A stretch of 62,977 bases of DNA, counting the filler, from Octopus bimaculoides (taxonomy: Eukaryota), in assembly GCF_001194135.2 (NCBI RefSeq). It is 7 parts of 6 records of this genome, joined end to end, with 100 filler letters (N's around TTAATTAATTAA, not from the genome) between each part and the next. Parts side by side here need not be neighbours in the genome. Positions count along the whole stretch, not along the records: positions 12,718 to 33,551 come from NC_068999.1; 6 more parts are not named here. The stretch is one strand, 5' to 3'. The notes beneath the pieces are model-generated. The model ran no database searches and was not told the origin of the DNA. It worked only from the letters and a program-made list of their open reading frames with translations. Position 1 is the first letter of the stretch. Each line of letters starts with the position of its first letter. This document shows positions 12,718 to 24,963 of this stretch, piece after piece. A program made the translations under genes and the position numbers.

Positions 12718-13080
12718 ATGCTTTTTCTAAGGTTAGCTCTCTGGGAATATATGTCAGATATCAATCTTCTGGCCGCCTCTTTAATCTTCGCCGATTTGCT
12801 GCCAATTCAAAGGTTCTCCAGTCTATTATTTGTGACCTCCTTTATGCAGATGACTGTGACTTAGTCACTCATACAGTGGACGACATGCAAATACTCATGA
12901 ATTGCATTTCTGCTTCTTGCAAGGTATTTGGACTTGGCATTAGCCTGGACAATTCTGAAGGTAGTAGACAAGTTTGTCTACCTGGGCAGCACACTCAGCC
13001 ATTCTTGCTCCCTGGATGAGGAAATATCTTTCAGGTTGAACACCACGCATCCATTTCCAAGTAAAATTATCTTCACCTTT
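12718..13080 (+). mobile_element. RTE-clade RT fragment
   Basis: GIYVRYQSSGRLFNLRRF..DLLYADDCDL..LKVVDKFVYLGSTLS. Confidence 0.75.
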
Positions 13081-13646
13081 TTGATGTGACTCTACTCTAT
13101 ATTGTTTTCTTCCTCCATCCTTCTCTAATTCCCCTTTCCCCCCGCCTCTTTCACCGCTTTCTATCTGTCTCTCTCTCCCCCTCTTTCTCTTTTTCTCTCT
13201 CTTGTTGCTCACAAGTCAGCAGCTTCCATCATTCCTTTCCTCATGTGACCATCTTTCTTTTCCTGCATGGATATTCTCTCTCTCTCTCTTCTATCTTTTC
13301 TCTTTGCAATGAAAATATTTTTCCCAGCATTCACTATTTTCCTCTCATTCTAACAACCCTCCATGTTTGTTTTCATTCAGTTTCCTTGTATGTCTCCACT
13401 GTCTTATTTTTGTTCCCAACCTTGACCCTGCATAAATCCTAAATTTTATTTTAGAATTTATGGGAGCAACAATCTTTGAAAACTTATATTGTTGCTGAAT
13501 GCTCAAAATGAGTAGACAGACAGCTGACAACTGATGAAGGGTCGTTTCTCTGTGTTTACTTGTCCTGTTTTCCATTTTTTTCTTTTGTTGTTAACGTATT
13601 TAACTTGTTTGTCTATGTATTTCATGTTGTTTATACAGTTGGTGAA

Positions 13647-13697
<51 letters not shown>

Positions 13698-13869
13698 TAT
13701 ACATATTTATTATTATTATTACATATATATATGTAATATATATATATGAGGGTATTGTAGTTCGCTGGAAGCATGTTTGTGAAAAGTAACGTGTATGGAA
13801 TGGCACAACAATGCAGAGTGAACTATAATAACAGTTATAAATAATTTAATTATTCATTATCTAATATCA

Positions 13870-14470
13870 TCTTTCAGACTATAAAAATTTCTTCTTCAGA
13901 TATTGCTAGGAAGTAATGGAGTCACTGTTATAGTTGGTTTTCCAACGGTTACTGAAATCTGTTGAAAATGTCCCTGCATTGGTACCACAAATATATTGAT
14001 CTATTCTTACTTGGCAACCACATAACCTAAGGAAACTATTAAAAGCAAAATTCAACATGAACAGGATAAAACATGCACAGTATCCAAGTGTAATGATAAC
14101 AGATGTGGAACATGTCAATACATGTATACTGGTAGATCCATTAGAACAAAAAAATGGACAGATTTTCGCAAATGCAGGTATGAACTACAAAAGCAGAAAT
14201 TTAATCTACTGCATTAAATGCCCGAACTGTGAGGAAATATATATTGGCGAAACACGTAATGCATTATCATGAGTCCACAGACAACAAATCTGGATCACTA
14301 ATGTTTGCCGAATTCCACTGAGCAAACATATAGAAACATGTGGTCAGAAAATGTTTCTAATTTTTTCTTTTCCACAAGCAACATGATACAAGTGAGTTTG
14401 CAAGAAAGATAAAAGAAAAATGGTTTATTAAAATGTTCAAACCTGTTCTGAACAGAAATGCCAACAATAA
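13870..14470 (+). mobile_element. Penelope-like element C-terminal fragment (GIY-YIG endonuclease)
   Basis: QPHNLRKLL..SKCNDNRCGTCQYM..YKSRNLIYCIKCPNCEEIYIGETRNALS, ending KMFKPVLN. Confidence 0.8.
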
Positions 14471-15499
14471 TATAACAACCAGTTAATGATGTGGATTAAA
14501 AAATATCTTTAACATATGAATGTAAACAAATCACAGAAGTCTCCCACCAAATAAAATAAAACAATCAAAACCAACTAACTTTGCTCTCTCATAAAACCAT
14601 TACATGTAAACCACAAGCTACTTGGTTAAAATAAAGGTGGGATTTATGCCAGTGATATCGGTACACCCAGCAAATCATGACGTTTAAACTGCATGCAGAT
14701 TGGTAAAAAAAAATTCAGCTTGTAGCCTTCTAAGAGGTACAAAAAGGAAGAAGTTACTTATTTTACTACAGCTGTCAAGAACTCAACTGTCAGTTAAATA
14801 CATTTTGAAAGCTGATGTTTAGTATGAATGTATGAAAGCACTAACTGAACTTTATGAACATTACAAAATATTTTTTTAATGTTTAACACACCTCAACATT
14901 GTAAAAAAATTTATATTTTTTTAAAATACTGTAATAAAAAATGTGAAAACCAGACCATGTTTTAACTTTATTCCACTGATATATTATTCTATACACATTT
15001 ACACAAACTCGGAGATATATATATAAGTATATATTGCAAACATCAGCTTGGACATAATCAATATTGGCTGGACTAGTCCAGGTACTGTTGGCTACATACA
15101 GGTGATGTTTAAAATTTTACCTGATGATCGTGGATTGTATATTATGGTGTATTCTTTTATGGTTGCATTAAACAAATAAATTCTACTGAAACAAGTATTG
15201 TAAATTTAAATGCTATTTGTGTTTACTTTTTATATCTAAGTCACACTAAGGACCCACCCTTGAGTCAGATCTACGTTTGAAATTGGATTTGGTAATTGCA
15301 TACCTATGGTATCATGCCAATACTGGATGCCTTCTATGTTATTTCACTGGGAGAGTTATTGTGCCTTGATTCTTATGAATCCTCATAACAAAATTGTGCG
15401 TGCGTGCGTGCGTGCACAGTCATTAGATGAGATCTAGATATGCTCAGTATAGAAAACATACAGCAGTGCTCAACTGAGTTTGAAATTAAGCTCCGAATT

Positions 15500-15719
15500 T
15501 TTCATCCTGTTAAAAGAAAGTATAAGATGCCCAGTCTATAAAGGAGGAAGCAGAGCAAATGCTAAAAATTACAGGCCTATCTCTCCAACTTCATATGTCA
15601 GAAAGAAAATAACCTGTTCACAAATAGCTTCCATCTGAGGAGGAGCTGCCTCATACAGCTACTACAGCTTTATGACTGGGTACTGAAACAGCAGTTCAAC
15701 CACTCATGTGAATATGAAT
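15500..15719 (+). mobile_element. CR1-like LINE RT fragment, 5' part (interrupted by Gypsy insertion)
   Basis: PVYKGGSRANAKNYRPISPTS..RRSCLIQLLQLYDWVL; continues at about 17505. Confidence 0.7.
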
Positions 15720-17505
15720 GTTGTAGTGAAATCCTGACACCCCTGTGGGATAGCAAGTCAACTGTCTTAAACCGTATAAAGGCAAATGCACACTGTCAGT
15801 GAGAGACAGTCGTAGAAGTCATTGCAAAGAGATATTGTTTGTTCCATGTTGTTTCTGATTTATATTTGTATTGTTATAACCTTGTTATAAGCCCACATTA
15901 TAAAATGGCATATACAGTGAGTTCAAAGAAGGACATAACGAATGTTATTTGAACGAATGTTTAAGGATATACAATTATCTACTACCAAGCCCAGAGGAAA
16001 TTTTTGCGAAACTCAATGGGGGAAAATTTTTCTCAAAATCAGACTTGTCGGAAGTGTATTTACAGTTACTAGTCAAGGAAGAATGTTCGAATTTATTAAC
16101 GATAAACACTCATAAAGGTTTATATAAATTCAATCGACTTCCTTTCAGGATAAATGTGGCACCTAGTATTTTCCAACAGGTGATGGACACAATGCTTGCG
16201 GATACGGATTTTGCTATAGCATATTTGGATGACATACTCATAAAAAGTAAGTCTAGAGGCCAGCATGAGGAACATTCGACTGCAATAAAAAATATGCCTA
16301 CCCTGAAAAATATTACAACATTACAAGCATTCTTAGGGCTCGCAAACTATTACCAAACATGCATTAGCTAAGAGCACCCCTGAACAACCTATTGAAAAAA
16401 GGTGTAAAATGGTATTGGTTAGACAGATGTCAAAAAGCGTTCAAAGAAATTTTAAAAGTTTTAACATCAGAACTGTCATTATTGCACTTTGATCCAAATT
16501 CAAAAATAGTAGTAGCATCTGATGCTAGCAAAAGTGGTATAGGAGTGGTAATTTTACACAAGTATGAAAATAGTATCCTAAAAGCCATCGCTCATGCTTC
16601 ACATTCATTGTTGGCAGCTGAAAAATACTACAGCTAAATTGAGACGGAGGCACTAGCCATTATTTTTGCTGTGAAAAAATTTCACAAATTCATACATGGA
16701 AGGAAATTCAGTCTGCAAACAGATCACCGCCCATTGTTATCAAGTTACAGATCAAAAAAGGGTATCCCCACACATACAGCCAACCGATTGCAATGCTGGG
16801 GAATGATCCTACTAAATTATAATTTGTGATGACATACTTATGTACACCATTCCCATCAAAGGAATTAAAAACTTTTGCAAAATGCATGCAATGGAGCATA
16901 TTACTACTTCGCCATACCATCCAAGATCAAATGAACTAGTGGTACATTTCATAGACATGTTTAAGAGAGTGCTGAAAAAATCTAGAAATGAACTATTAGC
17001 TGATACTGCATTGACGCAATTCTTAGGTGTCTACTAATTAACGCCTAACCCCAACACCACATCAGGTATGCTGCCAGCTGAACTAATGTTCGCCAGGAAA
17101 GTCAGGTCAGTGTTTTGACAAATTACTACCGGGAAGAAAAGAAAAAAATGGAGAGAAACACCAAAAATAAGATGAAATATTTAAAAATCGGTGACATGGT
17201 TTTTTTTTTTTTAAATATACAGAAATGGAGAGGAAAGTTGGGAAGAAAGTATAAGTAAACATGTAGGAAAAATAAAATACATTGTAAAAGGTCATATGTG
17301 GGAACACAAGAGACACCTAAACCAAATGAAAAAATGGTTGATGGAAGAAAGAATAAGACATGAAGAGCCAATGGAATTTCTTTATGACATTTTTGACATT
17401 CCAATACCTCAAGGAATAATCGAACCAACGAGTACAGTGACTAGGAAAAGAAAGCAAACAAAACTTTTGCAAGGAGACCCAAAACGAAAAAAAATATTCC
17501 AATTT
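15720..17505 (+). mobile_element. Decayed Ty3/Gypsy LTR retrotransposon (putative 5' LTR, RT, RNase H, integrase; gag/protease and 3' LTR missing)
   Basis: Starts TGTTGTAG. RT: LPSPEEIFAKLNGGKFFSKSDLS..RLPFRINVAPSIFQQVMD..AYLDDILI. RNase H: VASDASKSGIG..TDHRPLL. Integrase: TTSPYHPRSNELV. Many stops and internal deletions. Confidence 0.88.
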
Positions 17506-18300
17506 CTTCCTGGCCTTTGACAAAGTTGATCATGGGATGATTACTGTAAAACTAGGAGAGTGGCTGTGAAGATAGAAGTCAGTGGTCCTTTCTCTAGGAG
17601 ACATCAATTCTCAATGGAGTCCCTCAAAAAAAACTGTACTTGCATCACAACTGTTTATGGTGACTCCATCAGGCATGCCCTCAGCCATACAGTCAGCCAC
17701 TCTCACCAGCTATGCTGATACACAAGTATAACAGGCAATTGAGGACCCTGGTGACATACTAAAACTGCAAAAAGACATGAATGCAATATGCAAGTGGGCT
17801 GAAGAAAATAACATGCAGTTCAGTGCTGAGAAGTTTCAAACGTTCCACTATCGGCTCACAAACAGACTATAATGAGAATACACAGGACCAGGGGGTAGTA
17901 CAATCACAGCGTAAGCATCAGTGTGTGAGCTACGAATCCACAAGAGTAATGATACAACATTCCATATGCATATTACCAAGATGGCAACACTATGCAAGTG
18001 AGTAGCTGGATGGATTCTGAGATCATTCAGATGCAGGAAAAAGAATACCATGCTATTTCTATGAAGAACTTTCATTCTTAGTCATCTAGATTACTGCTCC
18101 CAACTGTGTTCACTTCAGAGCATCAAACTAGTTGCAGAATTTGAAGTAATGTAGCACTACTACACGAAGTAGATTGACTCAGTGAAAAGGATGAGCTAGT
18201 GGGAGAGGCTAAAGGAACTAGAGCTCTGCTCCCTGGCGAGATGTGAAATATATGCAGTGATTATACATGTGGAAGATACTGGAAGATCTAGCTTCCAACT
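17506..18300 (+). mobile_element. CR1-like LINE RT fragment, 3' part
   Basis: AFDKVDHGMI..GVPQ..SYAD..LQKDMNAICKWAEENNMQFSAEKFQ. Confidence 0.75.
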
Positions 18301-18374
18301 TTGGAACTGAAAGCTGTATCAACCACTGAACTGGTACTAAAGATCTTGTTTTCTCTATCTAGAATAAGAACCCA

Positions 18375-18900
18375 CCACTGAGGCATTTCTCTGTTGGCCA
18401 TTGCTGGTAAGGTGCTAGTGAAAATCATTCTCAAATGACTGAAAAACATTTCAGGGCAGGTTTTATCAGAGAGTCAATGTGGCTTCAAATCAGAGAGATC
18501 AACCATGGACATGATTTTCACATTGTGTCAGCTATAGGAGAAAGTAGCAGAGCAACACCAACCCCTTTGCATGAAGTTTGTGTACTTTTCCAACACATTT
18601 GACATGGTGGATTGAGAAACACTTTGGAAAGTGCTAGAAACTTATGGATGCAGATCCATACAGGAATGAAAGGGCCAGTCTCAGTTGATGGAGAATTGAG
18701 TGATGCATTTGCAGTGTTTGCATGGTGTGAAGCAGTGGTGCATGCTTGCCCTGCACTCTTCTCTCTCTACTTCACAGTTGTGCTTGACACCATGAGGGTC
18801 AATCTGCAAAACGGGGTTAAATAGCTTCACCTGCAGCAGATATCATCATTGTTGTAGATCAAAAGCAAGCCTTGTGACCCACATGTGAGGCTGCTAGAAA
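18375..18900 (+). mobile_element. RTE-clade RT fragment
   Basis: ISLLAIAGKVL..ESQCGFKSERSTMDMIF..DGELSDAF..ALFSLYFTVVLD. Confidence 0.75.
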
Positions 18901-19179
18901 TGATTACTGAACAAGAACAGTCAATGTCAACCTACAACAGACAACCAATGACAATATATCTTTTACTTGTTAGTCACTGGGCTTTGGCCATGTTGGGGTA
19001 CTACCTTGAAAGTTTTTTGAGGAAATTGACCCTGGTACTTCATTTTCTTAAAATCTGGCACTTATTCCATTGAGCTCTTTTTGCCAAACCACTAAGTTAC
19101 AGGGGAGTAAAAAAAACAACAGTAATTGTCAAGCAGTGGTGTGGAGTAAACACAAACATAATACACAGCCCCCCCCCCC

Positions 19180-19255
<76 letters not shown>

Positions 19256-19639
19256 CAGGCTTCAAATCTATTCACAATTAGTCAGCCTGGAGCTATAGTG
19301 GAAGACATCTGCCTAATCTACCACACAATGTACCTTGTGAAGCTCACCATCCTAAGATTAGTCTTCTTCGTTTTATCCCATGTCTTGCTGGGTCTCTTTC
19401 CAAAGGTTCCATTCTCTCTTAGTGATCAGTACAACTGTTGCCTATACACATTTTTATCAACACCACCTCATTTTCCATCCTTTTCTTTTTTTAACTAGTA
19501 CTCCTTTTGAACAAACTTTTTAAAAGCATGCAGGTTTGAAAATATGGAAATTACAATTCTGAATATTTTTGTTAGTCCACATTGAAGGAGATGGATGTAT
19601 TATCACTTTTAACTCCCCTCTCGATGATGATGATGATGT

Positions 19640-22600
19640 AGAAGACTACAGGTTTCTAAGGGACAACCTGTTGAGGGCTACTGACCAGATCTGTGGGTGG
19701 TGCAAAGGCCCCTCTCAACCCAAAGTAACATGGTGGTGGAACAAGGAGGCAGACAAGGCTATTAGACAAAAGAAATAGGCTTGGAAGGACTGGAAGAACA
19801 GAGGTAGCAGGGAATTGTATCACACTGCCAGAAGGGAAGCTAGCGACAGGTTTATTTAGCCAGAGGGGAAGTGGATAAGAAAAAATTTGCCAATGTTCTG
19901 CGTCGTGAGGACCAAGGACTTGAAGTATTTCGTGTTGCAAGACAGTGTGTGAGAGAGAATCATGATGTCGTAGGAGAGAAATGTGTTCACATGGATGATA
20001 GTACGCTTGCACTAAATGAGGCTGCAAAGAAAGAGGTTTGGAGATGCCACTACAAAAGATTGCTCAATAAAGAGAATGAATGGGAGAAAGAGAGTCTGCC
20101 GTATGTCGACCCAACAGAGGGACCAGCTATCCGAGTTGACAGTAGCATGGTAGATAAAGCAATTAAGAGTATGAAGACAAGGAAAGCCCCCGGCCCATCA
20201 GAAATCACTGCAGAGATGCTCAAAATATCTGGCAGTGTCGGCTATAGCCTAGTCACCCGTATAGTTAACCAGGTGATACACAAAGGAGTCATACCCAATG
20301 ACTGGTGTAGCAGCAACATAGTCAACTGCTACAAAGGTAAATGTGATGCTTTAGACACAAACAATTATAGAGGTATAAAGTTGTTGGACCAGGTAATGAA
20401 GGTCACTGAGAGGGTCATAGCCCAACTAATTAGGGAGAGAGTCAGCTTAGATGAGATGCAGTTTGGGTTTGTTCCAGGGAAAAGCACCACTGATGCTATA
20501 TTTCTGGTAAGACAGTTGCAGGAGAAATACCTAGCCAAGGATAAACCTCTGTACCTGACTTTCGTTGACATGGAGAAACCCTTTGACAGGGTCCCCCGAT
20601 CCCTTATCTGATGATCAATGAGGAAACTTGGGATAGAAGAATGGTTAGTGAGACCTGTGTGAGCCATGTACAGAGATGTTGTCAGTAAGGTGAGGGTTGG
20701 CAATGAGTACAGTGATGAATTCCGGGTAGAGGTAGGGGTCCACCAAGGTTCAGTCCTCAGCCCCCTCCTATTTATCATAGTCCTCCAGGCGATAACAGAG
20801 GAATTCAAGACAGATTGCCCCTGGGAGCTCCTCTATGCTGATGACCTTGCCCTAATTGCTGAGTCACTATCNNNNNNNNNNCCTCCAGGCGATAACAGAG
20901 GAATTCAAGACAGATTGCCCCTGGGAGCTCCTCTATGCTGATGACCTTGCCCTAATTGCTGAGTCACTATCATAACTAGAGGAGAAGTTTCAGGTGTGGA
21001 AGCAGGGACTAGAATCGAAGGGCCTTAGAGTCAACCTAGCTAAAACCAAAGTCCTAATAAGTAGGAAGGTAGACAAAACACAAACCCCTTCAGGTAATGG
21101 CCCTGCTCAATCTGTAGAAAAGGTGTAGCTAGAAACTATATAAGATGTACCCTGTGCAAGTTATGGACACATAAGAGGTACAGCAATATCAAAAGCAGGT
21201 TAACTAGGAAGTTAGTTTTTGTATGTGGCAGATGTTCAGGTGCAATAAACACAGTAAATATGCAGAAAACAACTTCAGTCTCATTCCAGGGAGAAAAACT
21301 AGAAGTAGTCGATAGCTTCCGCTATCTGGGTGACCAAGTTAGTAGTGGGAGTGGGTGCGCTGAAAGTGTAGCTGCTAGAATAAGAATAGCCTGGGCAAAG
21401 TTCAGAGAGCTCTTACATCTGCTGGCGACAAAGGGCCTCTCACTCAGAGTAAAAGGCAGACAGTATGACGCATGTGTATGAACAGCCATGCTACATGGCA
21501 GTGAAACATGGGCCGTGACTGCTGAGGACATGCGTAAGCTCGCAAGGAATGAAGCCAGTATACTCCGATGGATGAGTAATGTCAGTGTGCATACCCGACA
21601 GAGTGTAAGTATCTTGAGAGAAAAGTTGAAGCTAAGAAGCATCAGTTGTGGTGTGCAAGAGAGACGATTGCACTGGTATGGTCATGTGGCGAGAATGCAT
21701 GTGGATAGCTGTGTGAAAAAGTGCCACACCCTAGCAGTTGAGGGAACCCGTGGAAGAGGCAGGTCTAGGAAGATCTGGGATGAGGTGGTGAAGCACGACC
21801 TCCGAACATTAAGCGTCACCGAGGCAATGACTTTTGACCGTGACCTTTGGAAATATGCTGTGCGTGAGAAGATCCGGCAAGCCAAGTGAGACCAAAATCC
21901 AAGGCCTCTGCCAGGGATGTAGCCAGCCCANNNNNNNNNNGCTGTGCGTGAGAAGATCCGGCAAGCCAAGTGAGACCAAAATCCAAGGCCTCTGCCAGGG
22001 ATGTAGCCAGCCCACTTATGCGTAACATTCCTTCATTGGACACTAAACTCCGCTTACGAAGACATGGTGAGGCAAGTGAAATCAGAATCGAACTAAATTT
22101 GTAGGAACACTAAACTCGGCTTGTGAAGACCTGTTGGGGCAAGCGAAAGCGAAATCGTGATGGCACCTGTACCAGTGGAGCACTAAGAGCACCGTCCGAG
22201 CGCGATCATTGCCAGAGCAGCTGTCTGGCTTCCGTGCCGGTGGCACGTAAATAGCACAAGCGTGATAGTCACCAATGTCGCCTTCCTGGCACTTGTGCCA
22301 GTGGCACATGAAAAGACATTCGAGCAAGATCTTTCGTCGCCTTCCTGGCACTTGCGCCAGTGGCACGTGAAAAGACATTCAAGCATGATCGTTGCCAGTG
22401 CCGATGGACTGGCCCCTATGCAGGTGACACGTAAAATACACCATTTCGAGTGTGGCCATTGATCATTACCAACGTCGCCTCTCTGGCACTTGTGCCAGTG
22501 GAATGTGAAAAGACATTCGAGCAAGATCGTTGCCAGTACCGCCTGACTGGCCCTCGTACTGGTGGCACGTAAAACACCTACAACTCTCTCGGAGTGGTTG

Positions 22601-22730
22601 GCGTTAGGAAGGGCATCCAGCTGTAGAAATTCTGCCAAATCAGATTGGAGCCTGGTGTCGCCTCAGTCAAATCGTCCAACCCATGCTAGCATGCAAAGCG
22701 GACGTTAAACGATGATGATGATGATGATGA
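19640..22730 (+). mobile_element. 5'-truncated RTE-clade LINE with PHD-like finger inside ORF2, long repetitive 3' UTR and (GAT)n tail
   Basis: WWNKEAD; NYRGIKLLDQVMK; QFGFVPGKSTTDAIF; GVHQGSVLSPLLF; LLYADDL; RGRGRSRKIWDEVVKHDL. In-frame stops at about 19776 and 20609. The 3' UTR ends CGTTAAAC(GAT)n. Confidence 0.92.
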
Positions 22731-22732
22731 TC

Positions 22733-23823
22733 TACTAAACACTGCTTGCCGGAGTTGCAGAATACAATTGAGACATGAAGACAACTTGTAAGCTCGCTAT
22801 GCTATAAAGTTTTGTGTTAAACTGGGCAAAAAAGCTACAGAAACTTATGAAATGTTCTAGACTGCTTATGAATTTACTTGTATGAGTCGAGCATTTGGTT
22901 TTTGCTGGTACAAGTGGTTCAAGGACGTTACAAAAGAGGTGATAGACAATGAAAGGTGTAGGAGGAAGTGGGACATCAGAACATAAGAACTGTTTGAGAA
23001 AATTCATAATTTTCTGGATGAAGATTATTATGTCTATAATGACGATAAGCATGAAGTTTGAAGTTGGTGTGGCAACTGTACACAAAATTATTCATGAAGA
23101 TCTAAACACACACAAAATTTGTGCAAAGTTCTGTGATGAACAGAATGAAAGATACATTGGTGACAGCAAGGAGATGGTTGAGCTCATTATCTCAAGGGTA
23201 CTTGAGCTTCAAGTGACCAGTAACAAAAGCTCAATCTAGTTACTATCCAGATACCAAGAGACAGTGCCTAACAGAAGCATCCTAGCTTCCCCTGACCGAA
23301 GAAGGCCAAATAACACAAGTCCATTGAAAAGCTCATGATGATCCCCTTTTTCAATAGCAAGGGTATCATCTACAGCCACTTGGTGCCCTTTGTCAAGATG
23401 GTCAACAAAGAGTACATTGTGAAAGTTTTGAGGGAGTTCAAGAAGAAATTCCATCACAAAAGTCCAAAGCTCTTCCAATAGGGTAGGTGGTATTTGCATC
23501 AGGATAATGCACCAGTCCACAATTCCATCTTGGTAACCAACTATTTGACAGAGACGGGTACCATAACTCCTTATAATCCAGACCTTGCACCATGAAACTT
23601 TTGGTTGTACCCCAAGCTGTAAAGAGATGAAGGAAGTTATGACAAGGGACCTGGACACCTTCACTTTGGAGGCTTACCTGGGGCCTACACGAAGTGGCTG
23701 GAGTGTTACAGCAAGTGCATTGAAGTCAGTGGATCCTATTTTGAAGATTACAGTTTTATATTTCTTTGAAATTAATAAATGCCTTTCTAGAAAAAATATC
23801 AAAACTTTTGGAATGCACCTTGT
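22733..23823 (+). mobile_element. Decayed mariner transposon, right TIR present
   Basis: YAIKFCVKLGKKATETYEM; WYLHQDNAPVH; YNPDLAP. Ends AAAACTTTTGGAATGCACC, the same TIR type as the 610-1307 element. Confidence 0.85.
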
Positions 23824-24585
23824 TCCTTTTGTTGGACAAGTTTTAAAATCAGGTTAATTTTATTAAACAAGGCAATCTGCTCCTTTTCTAATCTTGACAG
23901 ACTACTTGGAGGGGGCAGTCCCAATTCCATGAGAAAGACTGCATTTAAACTCTTACTATTGCATTCCCAACCTTCCTTACTTTCAATACAATTTCACCTT
24001 GCTCCAAGTATTCAAAAGGACACATTGTACAGTCCAAAATGTACAAAAAATACAAAAGTCACCACGAAGGCACTGTTTAAGCCTTAAAATTCAAACAGTA
24101 ATTGAAGTTACATATCTGTGGATTCGTAAATATAGATTCATTATTTTTATCGTTAGATACATCTTCCCAAGTTCACTTATCCAAGATATAGCAGTGTTCT
24201 TCATAGGCGGGTAGCCCCTACCCTCGGGGAGTGCTGTGAGAATTGAAAAATGGGCTGACAAATCATTGTTTAATAAGATTAAGATAATTTTTAACTTTTA
24301 AAACTTGTCAGACATCATGACGAAGAATTATATGGAAGCAAACTATTTTTCGAATGACAAAATATTTTCCTAATGTTTTTTTTTGGGGGGGGGGTGCAAG
24401 AGCAAACTGAAATGATTTTGTTAGGTTTGGTTTCTTTCATGTTTGAAAAACAAAAGCAGGAAACATACATGTATAAGGGAAAATGATGACAGAGAATCAA
24501 ACTTTATTTACAAAAAATATAAGGTACCTAATAGTTTGGTATGTCGAATAGATATAGACTACACCAATTAGGAATATCCTCTTAC

Positions 24586-24963
24586 CTCTCCTCCATGACC
24601 ATCAAATATTCCATAAATTGAAGTCTGGGTATCATCCAGGTTGCTAATAAAGTTGTACCGATCTTCCATGTGAGAGCGGCGCCCTTGAATTGCATAAATG
24701 GCAATGTTGCCTTTCCGTAACTCCCATGACGCCTTAGTTTTCTTTTCCGTGACTTGTTTCTCACTTTCCTCGGGAATCTGATCGTAATATCCATTCCACT
24801 TTAGTTGTAATTTGATACGTGCCTTTTGAAAATATTTACGCAATGGTTCCACATGCAGTCGACCAGAATTATAAATAAGGAATAAGAGAATACACAAAAT
24901 TAAGACTTCAGCACTGAAAACATAACGCCGCACAAAGCGACTTAAAGCAGCGATTAAAGTCAT
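24586..24963 (-). CDS. PPM1L: First coding exon (126 codons, phase 0) of a PPM1L / PP2C-epsilon-like Mg/Mn-dependent protein phosphatase
   Basis: MTLIAALSRFVRRYVFSAEVLILCILLFLIY (signal anchor), then SWELRKGNIAIYAIQGRRSHMEDR and SIYGIFDGHGGE. This matches the vertebrate PPM1L pattern MTLLSLLGR..YSIQGRRDHMEDR..SIFGIFDGHGGE as I recall it. Canonical donor GAG/GTAAGA at 24586/24585. No later exon recognised in the window. Confidence 0.9.

Noticed and set aside
20783-20970. Apparent tandem duplication of the YADD region of the RTE RT
   Set aside because: The two identical copies are separated by a 10-N gap, which indicates an unmerged contig overlap.
21858-22012. Apparent duplication at the end of RTE ORF2
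   Set aside because: Same 10-N overlap artefact.
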